Source of the DNA: Cercozoa sp. M6MM
Lineage: Eukaryota; Protista; Endomyxa: Ascetosporea
NCBI GenBank assembly: GCA_040357565.1
Contig: JBDODJ010000105.1
DNA length: 39,286 bases
Reading direction: 5' to 3' (one strand)
A program made the position numbers and the translations under genes. This document shows positions 24,853 through 34,755 of this stretch, piece by piece (the first letter of the stretch is position 1; each line of letters opens with the position of its first letter). The notes under the pieces were generated by a model. That model had not been told where the DNA came from and did not search any database. It saw only the letters and a list, made by a program, of their open reading frames with translations.

Positions 24853-26700
24853 ACACCCACACACACACACACACAGCGACTTACGGCGACAAGCGCATCG
24901 CAGATCATGAGTTCGACAGCTGTCGAGGCCTGTGCATTTGAGTCAATCAATCCTGCAACTGGCACTATCATACTACTATATACACGAAAACAGTACCGCA
25001 TGATTGTAGATAGTGCGGTGCAAATAGAAGCGTGTCGCGAAAACCTGGAACACCTGCCAAACCGCCAGTAACAGTGAGTTATACAGTCAACGACTGTGTT
25101 ACTCGTTTTGTACTGTCATTACCTGCTCGAACGCTTTCTCGGGGAATGCAATGCGCAACGGATTGTTCTTCTTGTCAGGGCAACGATGGACACGTGCAGT
25201 CTTTAGCAGTCGCTCTGTGACACCAAACTGCACATGAAAACTCGGAAAGCACTTGTTTCCGAGTAAATTACCAAAATCTACGACAGCGGGCACACCAGTG
25301 TGGTAACTATCTCTCTGCGCACCCACAACACATCAACATTGGAATCGAGCATCCTGAAGTTCGAGCTGCATTTTACGATGAAGTAGTCAAGCTTGTCGAC
25401 GTCCAGGCCGCTTTCCTTGTTGCTGACAATGTCGTACAGAAACCGATCGTCCGGATTGCTGTTAAACAAGCGAAGTTGAACAGAACACACAGCGGCAAAT
25501 AGACACAGAGAAAGACAGAGACACACCACAAACACAGACACAGACACACAGCACAGCACAAACAGACACAGTCACACCAGTTTAATTCACTTTACACATC
25601 GGCAGGAGGTTCGCCATCGATCATGGCTTTGATCACCTGTGCAGCTAACGGGTGTAAAATACGACAGTGCCAGTGCATTTCTCAAGTGAAATGATGAAAT
25701 GAAACTATTACATCAAGATCGCTCTGCTCCAGCCCTAACTGCTGCAGGTAGCTGGGATCGCTTCTTACTTTGAAAACATTGTCGATGAGCTTGACACTGG
25801 CGTGTTCGTGCTTGAACGGCTCGCCATCATTATTCCGTTTTTTAAAACGCGGCAGCAACTGGATGTATTTTCAATCATTAACTTACATACGCACGCACAT
25901 GCACGCACATGCACGCACACACACACACACACGCACACACGCACACACGCACACACACACACACGCACACACGCACACACGCAGCAGGGAAGGTCGGTTG
26001 TTGAGCTATCAGTAACTTTCAGTTTTACCTTGCTGTCGAACGAATGAGAGAATGGTCCGTGACCTATAGCAGTTGTATGAGGCCTTTTAAACCTAAAACA
26101 CAGGGTTTACCAATGTCATGACACAAAGCAGCCAAAACGACGCAAAGTTCTTGGTTCGGCTCAATTTTCAACTGCAAGATCGAGTGAGAATTGAAGAACA
26201 AATAAACACGAAAGCTGCAACTGCGGGAAACTGACATTGGGTTGGTTTTTTTTCAGCTCCTTGACCAATTTCCTGAATGGAAACAACATAGACCAGCCAC
26301 CGACTTCCAGCGTGCAGGTAAATTTACCACGCGAGGTGCGCAACGCCCAAAGAATGCTCGAAACGCGTATGCGTCGCACTCGGATACGCTAATGTCAAAA
26401 ATCAATCCCTGGGGCCAGAGGTCTGGTAAGCCTTATTTTTTAATTACCATAGCAGGAAGCACCGAGCTGCTTCAGATGGCGAAGTCGCTGGAACTCTGGC
26501 GTGTCAATAACCTGTTTTTCCAAGCGGCAAAAAGTGACTCAATGGTTGTATTGATACAACGGAGATTCAGGGACTTGCCTTGACGCACGCAGCAGGAAGG
26601 GTAATTTGTCCGTGCACCTATCGACGAGGTGAGAATCAGCAAAAACCTTAGTTGCTACCCAAAGAGGTGAGGCACAACTACAACTCACTGGATCATTAAA
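23546..26700 (-). CDS. SAMHD1: SAMHD1-like HD-domain deoxynucleoside triphosphate triphosphohydrolase module (no SAM domain seen)
   Basis: FNDP|[13 protein letters not shown]|[21 protein letters not shown]|[20 protein letters not shown]...[18 protein letters not shown]...[10 protein letters not shown]...[21 protein letters not shown]|RDSYHTG...[14 protein letters not shown]. All metal-binding H/HD/D motifs are present. TAG at 23546-23548. Confidence 0.95.
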
Positions 26701-29292
26701 CTCCTTCGCCGGGTAAAACCCGCGAAGCCGGTCAACACTTTGGTTGTCAGCGCTGCTCTCGGTCGATTGAGCCAAGTTTTTCGGTGCTAAGTACAAAACC
26801 GGTGATAAATATATCGATAATTCTCGACACCAGAGATCCCAATTGAACTTAAACATTCATTTTACGGGCGGAAGTCGGTCGCTCAGCCGACATGACGGGT
26901 GTTTTCGCAACTGAATTTGCACTGCAGTGTGGGGTACAGTACATTAGTATAGATACAGGGACGACAAACAAAGCGCTCGATGAAAAAAGATGTTTACCAA
27001 CTCTCACGGCGTGGAGTCTCTTCCATCTGAGTCAAGTTGTCTCGCGAGAGATGACGAAGGCAGAGCAAAACGTGTCTCGTCCACTACAGTAGGTGCGCAA
27101 GTACGGTCTCGCAGGCAGCTGTTGCGATGAGTAGTATGATGTGACCGACAACAACCGCTAACGGGGCTGTATGGCCCAGAAACTGATTACTGATCCGAGA
27201 TCATTGAGCGAGAAGAAGAAGATGGGCATAACAAATCGCTAGTCGATGATCCAGATCGATGGTTCACCGCGACTGGCGATTACCGAAGATGGATGATGAG
27301 TAGTATGGGCAGTTACAGTATCAGCCGAGTGTATCATCAAGATCAACCACCATCCGATTCGAAACTGCCAGTGTTAACGCTGCTCGGCGGCTGGTGGTGC
27401 GAAAATCAACACAAAAACAGACAGAAACAACAACGCAGAAAAATTGAGCTACCCGCAAGACGTGCTCTTTGGCAAGAGAGTCATCGCGCTGCACGACCTC
27501 CCGTGATCGCCTACCTTGCGTGGTCATGAGCCGAGAGCAACAACAATCATATTGGTAGGTACGAGGTCTGCACGGGCACAACGCGTCGTCGTCGCTTCGG
27601 CGCCGGCTTGCGCGGCGAGTTGCCTGCGTTGTCGTTGACGAACCTGTTGGGGAGCAACATTTTTAACACTCAGAGACAGGAAGCAAAAAAAAACTGGACT
27701 AAAGTGGCGGTACAGGTGTCTCCGTCGCTTCAGCAACTGCGCACTGTCGGAAGAGAAGGCGGATGGATTGAAACAAACCTTGGTTGCGCCACCTGCTTCA
27801 CTTGCTTTCGCTGTCAAGGGGAAAGAGTACTGACGTGAGGCAGGGAAACAACACTAACACACCTGACTGTTCTTCCTGGTAGGTGAGTTTCTTGGGAGAC
27901 ACCTCGCCTGTTAAGCAACATACATACCAAGACACCAAAACAAATGAGACACGGGAAAGCAGACGCGAAACACACCGTTGCGCGAACGCGACTCGACTCG
28001 TTCGATCCGCTGCTTGATCGGCGTGTTGACAACTGCCTCCATCTCTTGCGACGGCAGTGGCTTGGAGCTCGAAGCAAAGTAGCAACGACGGCACACCTTC
28101 AGACATATGACAGACACACATACGTGTGAACATATGCACACATGCACCTAAACACAGGTGTAGGCGTATAGTACAGAAGCATAGGCGTCGGTGCCACCAA
28201 TCAACTCAACCTGCAGACATGTAGAATGGATCCAAAAGACACCAGGCATGCAGTTTGCAGCACGGACTACCTCATTGCTTGCAGCCAGCCGTTTTGAGAA
28301 GGCACCTTCGTTGTAGCAGACCTGCAGTTCAGCACCAACACTTATACCGACCAACACAGACACAGGCACACAAGCACACCATGCAGACAGCACGCAGCGA
28401 CGTGATGGACTCCGCGATCGCAAACAATCCTACACAGCAAACGGGTGCATGCACACGTGTCTCGGGTGGCAGCAATACAGAGAGTGAAAGCACCGAGTGC
28501 GGTCTCAAAGCCCTCGCGACGGAAGGTTCCATTGAGAAGCGAGATAACAACAATTTTGCCCAAATTTGCCAGTCGCTCGGCCACCTGGCCACACCAAAGC
28601 AATCAAAAACAGGTGCTGGTGTGATGGGGGGGGGGTGAAAGAAAACTTCTTTGGTACAGTCACAACGTCAGGGAAAAACTGACCCTCGTCAATTCCGACC
28701 ACTGGGCAAACACGGGGGCGGGGGGTAAGAGAGAAAGAAGAAACATGGTACGCAGTACCATCACACTCTTTCACTTGCTTCAGGTACTCGGCGTTGTCCA
28801 TCAATTCCTCCAGTTTCACCAAGCCAATTGCCGGGAATGTTTGCTGGTCCTGCAGGTTGCTCAGAAAAGGTTCAGATATTACAAACACAATCTGAACACA
28901 ATCTGAAAAAGAATGAAGCACATGTGTGGCAGCAGCGGAAGCAGAGTATCGTGTGTCCCGAGCATATTTTACACTGCAGAAAGTTTCATAAACGAAATCG
29001 GACAAACCATTTCAATCGATAGTGAAGCGTGCAAGGTACAGAAGCACTTTCTTGCAGGCAATTTCGTAACGCTTAAGTCGACGGAATAGCTACATACGAA
29101 ACAGTGACAGTGCACGTTGCGTAGACATGTGCCATACCTCAGTGGACTTGCCACTGAACATAGGTCCAGTGATTAGCTGGATCTCACTACAGACAGACAA
29201 GGGACAGTCCAAATAATGGCGCCAATTAAACCAAGCGCTCTGGAGACTGACGGGATTTACCCTTCGAAATTCAGCAACCGCTGCGTCGACAT
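23546..29292 (-). CDS. Predicted fused thymidine kinase - SAMHD1-like dNTP triphosphohydrolase (single spliced ORF)
   Basis: TK exons continue without a stop through linker exons 28096-27976, 27907-27863, 27810-27714, 27643-27563, 27510-27453, 27390-27351, 27272-27191, 27118-27008, 26921-26866 and 26786-26689 into SAMHD1 exon 26617-26579. Every junction is GT..YAG with matching phase. Confidence 0.72.
24742..24874 (+). repeat. (CA)n microsatellite in SAMHD1 intron
   Basis: Directly visible dinucleotide run. Confidence 0.95.
28076..29292 (-). CDS. TK1: Thymidine kinase (TK1 family) module
   Basis: [38 protein letters not shown]...[10 protein letters not shown]...[12 protein letters not shown]...[18 protein letters not shown]...[14 protein letters not shown]...AFSKR...[20 protein letters not shown]-loop, DEGQF catalytic motif and both zinc CxxC pairs are intact. 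Confidence 0.96.
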
Positions 29293-29629
29293 TCTGCACT
29301 AGCATGCACCTGCACACGACACAACACACAGCGTGAGCATGCATTGTTTTTTTTTAATTATAATTATTTAGGTGCACTGGCAACCTCTTCTACTGACACC
29401 ATGCGCTCTGTATTGCGTTGCGTGGTTGACAATATTAAACATAGCACCAGACCTGAACAATAATCTCAAACTGGTTTCGTTAATTTAGCCTAATACTAAA
29501 CCTGCAAGTTTCCTGGATTAGTGCTAATCTGGGCGATTGAGTGCCGACTGATAACGCAGTATTGGAGTATTTGTTGTGTTTGGGAAAGACGACAACTAGC
29601 GGCGGAAGCTAAGAGGGCGAGTAGAAGGT

Positions 29630-30677
29630 TTACTTCTTGCTCTTCTTGGACTTCTTGCTCTTCTTGTTGGCGCGCTCCTCGAGGATGACAGCGGCGATCT
29701 CGGCGCGCTTCTCGCGGCGGCCAGCCTTGCGAGCGTCGTTGCGAGCCTTGCGGAGCGTGCCGAAGGCCGACGTGCCCGTCAGGGCCTTGGTGACCTCCTC
29801 GGCGACGTAGATCTTCTTGGCGACCTCCTCGACGACGGCCTCAGCACCCGGGAAGGCCGGCTTCTCGCCCTTCTTGTCCAGGATGACAAGCTTGGCCTTG
29901 TAGGCCTGCAGACGCTGCACGTTCTGCTTGAACTGCTCCTGCGAGCGGTTCTTGCGGCGGTGGTCGACCGAGATGCCGATCGAGCGCGCCTGCAGCGGCG
30001 ACACGCCGGCGGCCTTGAGCTCGTCGAGCGTGAAACCACGGCCGGCGCGCACCTTGTTGTTGTACTTGTTGGTCGGGCAACGCACCACCGGGCGCAGCAG
30101 ACCCACCGGGCGCGGAGCGGCCTTCTGGGCCTTCTCGGCACGGACAGCCTTGCGGGCAGCCTTCTTGGCCGGCTGGTCGAGCCACGTCTTGACGTAGCTG
30201 AGCACACAAGCAAACGCGTCTCCGTGTCCTCCACGCTGCACTACTCACTGATGGGACACACGTGCGGTTCCTCGGTCCAGGAACACCCGCGTGACTATGG
30301 TCACGCGGATTGCCGACTCGCACACAACTGCTCCCTCGGCCAGCACAAACGCACACCTGGAGGTGCGAGAGTGCCTGCCTTCTCGGGATAGAAGCACAAG
30401 CGAGCACGGCACACAACGCCAGACAACTGTCAGCTTTCGTGTGGAGGGACCACATCACTACCAGGGTAGTTGAGGCACACACCAAACAGCCCAGAAAAGT
30501 TAGAACAAGCTACCGCTGCCAGTCCTTGCGGAAGTGGATGTTGCAGATGATGTTGTTGTGCCTACACACAGCGCGGATACACGAGTCCAGAGGTTGGCAC
30601 ACTGCGCGCAAAAAACGCCACAGCCCGCCGAGCGAGGCAAGCGCAGCAAGACAGAACACTGGGCTAACGTACTTCAT
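29630..30677 (-). CDS. RPL13: 60S ribosomal protein L13 (eL13)
   Basis: MK|[16 protein letters not shown]|[12 protein letters not shown]...[37 protein letters not shown]...[12 protein letters not shown]...[12 protein letters not shown]. Introns at 30562-30672 and 30198-30513. Strong GC3 codon bias. Confidence 0.98.
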
Positions 30678-30751
30678 CTTAGCTGTCGATTCCAAACAAA
30701 ACAAAGGTGTGTGTGCGCGATCTAGTATTTTTTGAACAACCAGCGCTCCTC

Positions 30752-31443
30752 ATGGCGGAGCCTGTTTCTCGGCACACAGACGCTAGCGTGGGCGTGTGCT
30801 GTGTAATTGTAGAACGCATTAGTGCTACTAAATTGTGTACTTTGTCGCCAAGTTACACCTATTTTGGCGCCGTTCGAACAGAGAAAGGCGGCGTTTGGAC
30901 AATGACCGGGAAGCGCAAGGAGCCGACGCCCGGCATGATGGGCGTCCTCACGGAGTTGTGTGGCTCCCAAGCTTTCCCAGAGTGGGCCAAGACAGCGCGT
31001 ATGTCTCATGAATGTCTCTTGTACCATGCACGCACTTGCCTCTGTTTCACAGTGCAATGCGAGGCCGAGATTCGTCGTGGAAATCCCGAGGATGCGCAAG
31101 AGGCTCTTTACGCTCTTGTGCGATCCTTTGTCGCTTTGTCTGTACCTTTCCTGTGCGGCTACTGTGTCCCGTGTGACGTTTATCCTCTGTGTTTGTAGAA
31201 GGCAAGTCCTGCCACACAAAAGACTGCCGAGGCGGCGGACGGTGCCGAGTATGATGGAACTAAGGACACATACCAGGTGGGTCTGAGTTATTTTTCATTA
31301 AACTTAGTGTGAGCCTGGTATTTTTCTCTGTGCAGAACGAGAAACGCATCTGTCGACTGCAGACGACGTCGCCGTCGATGCGAGGCTCGTGGCGACTCGA
31401 CGTGTTTGCTTCTGGTGTGCTGCATTGCCGTGTATACACACAC

Positions 31444-31477
<34 letters not shown>

Positions 31478-32089
31478 AACAACATGTGCCTGCAGGTGCC
31501 ATGCTGCAGTCGGTTTCGCAGGTGAAGAAGCAGCCCGCAAGTGCGCCTGCCACGTGGCTGCCAAAGGGCCTGGTGTCGCATGTGCTCTCGGTGCCACTGG
31601 CGACTACGAAGCCCGAACGAGGTGTGCTCTTTGTCTCTGTCTTTCCGTACGTCGAGTGTTTTTGTATTTTGGCACTCTGTGAACAGGCGTGATCCTTGCC
31701 TTCAAGCGCGTGGTTCACGTGCAGGCATCTGCCAAACAGAGGCGTCGTGTCACTGTAAGAATCACTCCTGTGACTTTAGATCTACTTTTTTCGGTCTGAC
31801 TCTCTGCTCTGCAGGCCCTGATGCTGACGTGGCCAAAGTCAAGCGAGGGCATTGAAGTCTCTGCCGATGCGCCCGAAAAACTGCGGCAACTCAGCGGCGG
31901 CACCGCACACTGTGGTACTGTTATATGTATCTATACTGTTATATTTATCTCTATTGTTATTGTATATATACTGTTATATGTGTATATACTGTTATATGTG
32001 TATATACTGTTATATGTATCTATACTGTTATATGTATATATACTGTTATATGTATATATGCTGTTGTATGTATATATACTGTGATGCGT

Positions 32090-32143
<54 letters not shown>

Positions 32144-33109
32144 GGCAGCTGCCGATTTGCTGTCGCACACCTTGGGTCAGGGCGAGGTGTGCGCCGCGCG
32201 GAAGGCGACGTTCTGGTCGAGTACGACATCGTCTCACTCGATCAAGTGTCTCACTGGTGGTACAACTGAGTTCTGACATGTACAATGTACAATGTGCTTG
32301 TATTCTTGGGAAACGACTTGGGCTGCAGGAGTCAACGAGGGACGTTTGTTCCCGTTGAGTGCCGGCTTCCTCTTTGTGCACAAGCCTCTGCTCTTCATTC
32401 CTCTCGACTCGGTCAAGGTGCTGCTGCTGAGGACTATCCTGTGTGCGTGTACTGTTGTCTTTCAACGGCAACTTGTGAGGTAGGACGTGCGGTGTCCGCG
32501 TGCTGGCAAACACAGCACACTGGTGGTTGACTACGCCGACGAGTCTTCGCAGCCCGCCTCGGTAGGTTGGCCAGCTAGTTGGAAGTATACCTGTCTCCTC
32601 CACCTGTATCTCTATGTTGACGCTGCTGTGCAGGTCGAGTTCAGCATGGTACCACAAGACGACATTAAGCAGGTCAAGCAATTTCTGCATGCCGCTTGGA
32701 GCAACAAGAGCGCTGCCGACGACAGCACCGAAGCGACCAGCCAAGGTGCTTTTTTTTTTGTTGCTTACCGTTTTATGAAAGAAGAAGTAGTTACTTTGGT
32801 TGTTGCGTTGTCAGGCGTAGTGGACGATGACGACGACAGCGAGGACAGCGACGTGCACTTTGAAGAGTCCGAGAGTGACTCCGATATCGACTATGAGAGC
32901 AACAGCGACGCCGAGCTTGGTCCTCCCATCGAGCGTCATGGCGTGCAGGTACCTCACTGATCGGTCCTGCTGCTTTTGTGCTTATTCCGTTCGTGTGTGT
33001 TTCGTAGGGTGCCTCGGGGCTTCGCATGGGCGAACGAATCCGCGCTCGCCGCGAGAAGCTGCGACTTTCGCGGCATTCGCGTTCCATTGACGAGGACCCA
33101 GATGCTTGA
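30752..33109 (+). CDS. Rtt106/SSRP1(Pob3)-like PH-domain histone chaperone with acidic tail
   Basis: SIKCLTG|VNEGRLFPLSAGFLFVHKPLLFIPLDSVK...VEFSMVPQDDIKQVKQFL matches the SSRP1/Rtt106 middle-domain motif (C..K..EG.LYPL...F..V.KP..HI). It is followed by a D/E-rich tract (DDDDDSEDSDVHFEESESDSDID). Confidence 0.75.
31915..32140 (+). repeat. 18-nt minisatellite (atactgttatatgtgtat-like, ~9-10 copies) followed by (GT)n, intronic
   Basis: Visible periodicity; the spurious ORF translates as repeated YVYILL. Confidence 0.92.
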
Positions 33110-33461
33110 GCTTAGTAGCTATCACGACTGAACTGCGTTTGATCTGCGTTGAACTGATGCATGGTGAATTATTCGATTCGATAATTTAAATTAAATTATG
33201 AATGTCCGGCTCCGCTCCTGTCGGTACCCGTACCATCGATCATTATATGTATCGTATGGCGTGGGCATGTTTCTCGTCTCGCGTCGCCGTATAGCATTCT
33301 GTCATAGCTCAGCTCGTAACGCTACTGGGTTTTACATCCGCGCGTACACTTGCCTTCATGTGACACGCAAAAAAGTGATTAAAATAAACAGAGTGACATG
33401 CTCCCAGACAAGAGATTCGGCCCTTGCTTTCCGGCGTGACCAGAAGAGCACTTTTCCGTTT

Positions 33462-34608
33462 ATGACGAAAGCAGACGAGACCGCGTTGTTGAAAGCACTC
33501 GAAGCAGTGCAAAAGCAATGCACTTTTCTCAAGAAGGAGCGAAGTGAGCTCAAGCTGGAGCAAAATCGAACTGCTTCGAAACTGCGCGAGTGCCAAGAGG
33601 AGTTGCGCGAAGCGCAAGAGTTAATTCACGGGATGAAGCATCTGGTCAAGGACATCGGCGATGTTCGGAGTTTGCTTATACGGGAGGTGCTTCCTTCTGC
33701 TCCAGTCAGCTGACCAGTTAAACCACTGTTCATACCTTTGTTGTACAGCTTCGGTCAAGAGTTGTTCGACTCAGTGACGGAGAAAACTTTGAACTACTTG
33801 ATGTAGCCTTGTCTGAAACCCGTCTGTCGCAGTCTTCTACTAAGGAGCTCGCTGAATTCTTATTGACAGTTGACGTCAGGCCCGTTCTTTGCTCGAGCAA
33901 TTTAAAGCAACAGCTGCGTGACGTGCTGAGGGCTCCGCATGAGCGTGACAAAAAGGAGAGACGCTTGCGAACGTTTGGGCGAGATAATGAAGGCAACGGC
34001 AGACAAATATCGGAAAGCCGGCGATCGGGGTTTGCTGCCCCCACTGCAGCGAGCACGCTGCGAGAGGCAAACAAGGTATTGTGAGGTGTAATTTAGTCGT
34101 AGACGCTATGTCGCATTGCCTGTTAGAGGCGAAGCAGGCCTCGTACCAGAAGCGATAGAACTCTTAAGACGAGTTCTTCGGTGAGTAGCTCTTGTTCTCA
34201 GTCGCATCGCATTAAGAGCCTGCATGCGGAAGACGACATCGCGCTAGAGATACAACTGCCAGCGCAAGAACGAGGACGACAGCGTCGTCGTGTGAGACTG
34301 AGAAGACCTCGACAAACATCCTTGATGAACAGAAGATCTGCATCCAGAAATGCCCAGTCGTTCGACGACAGCGACGCTCAGGCAGGACGAAGCGCTGAAC
34401 TCGCAACGTACATCGATCTCCTTCAGCAGGCGAACGCCCGAAAGAACGCACTGACTGACGCGACTAAAGGTGAAACGACACAAGGAGCAACGACACCTTC
34501 ACCAGACTATGACATTCTGCGCCGACTCGGTGAGTATGCCAGCCAACACTGCTGAGATACAGGCCGAGTTTTTTGTCAGTTGCTGTCGGACGGACGCGCT
34601 TAAACTGA
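33462..34608 (+). CDS. Hypothetical coiled-coil protein
   Basis: MTKADETALLKALEAVQKQCTFLKKERSELKLEQNRTASKLRECQEELREAQELI... heptad pattern, continued through GT-AG-joined exons. Last exon is tentative. Confidence 0.55.
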
Positions 34609-34755
34609 GTGAAGTTGTAACTGAATAATTCAAATTTCGTTTTGAAATCGACATATCAAAACTGCCTTCTTTTAGTGCGTAGACAAATACTGTACTTCTT
34701 AATTCAATGCAATAGGGAGCACCCTTAGTTCAGTTCGTTCGTTGGCCGACTAAAA

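Noticed and set aside
26892-27092. + strand 66-aa ORF sharing a CATG with the SAMHD1 internal ATG
   Set aside because: Antisense shadow of linker exons; no recognisable protein or splice structure.
27121-27310. Possible + strand C/D snoRNA cluster (ATGATGA and CTGA strings)
   Set aside because: The best box C (27293-27299) has no downstream box D within a plausible distance, and the region is fully explained as exons and introns of the - strand TK-SAMHD1 linker.
30361-30376. RNase MRP-like GAGAGTGCC string in the RPL13 intron
   Set aside because: The required P4 elements (GAAAGTCCCC and GGGGCT...) are absent on that strand.
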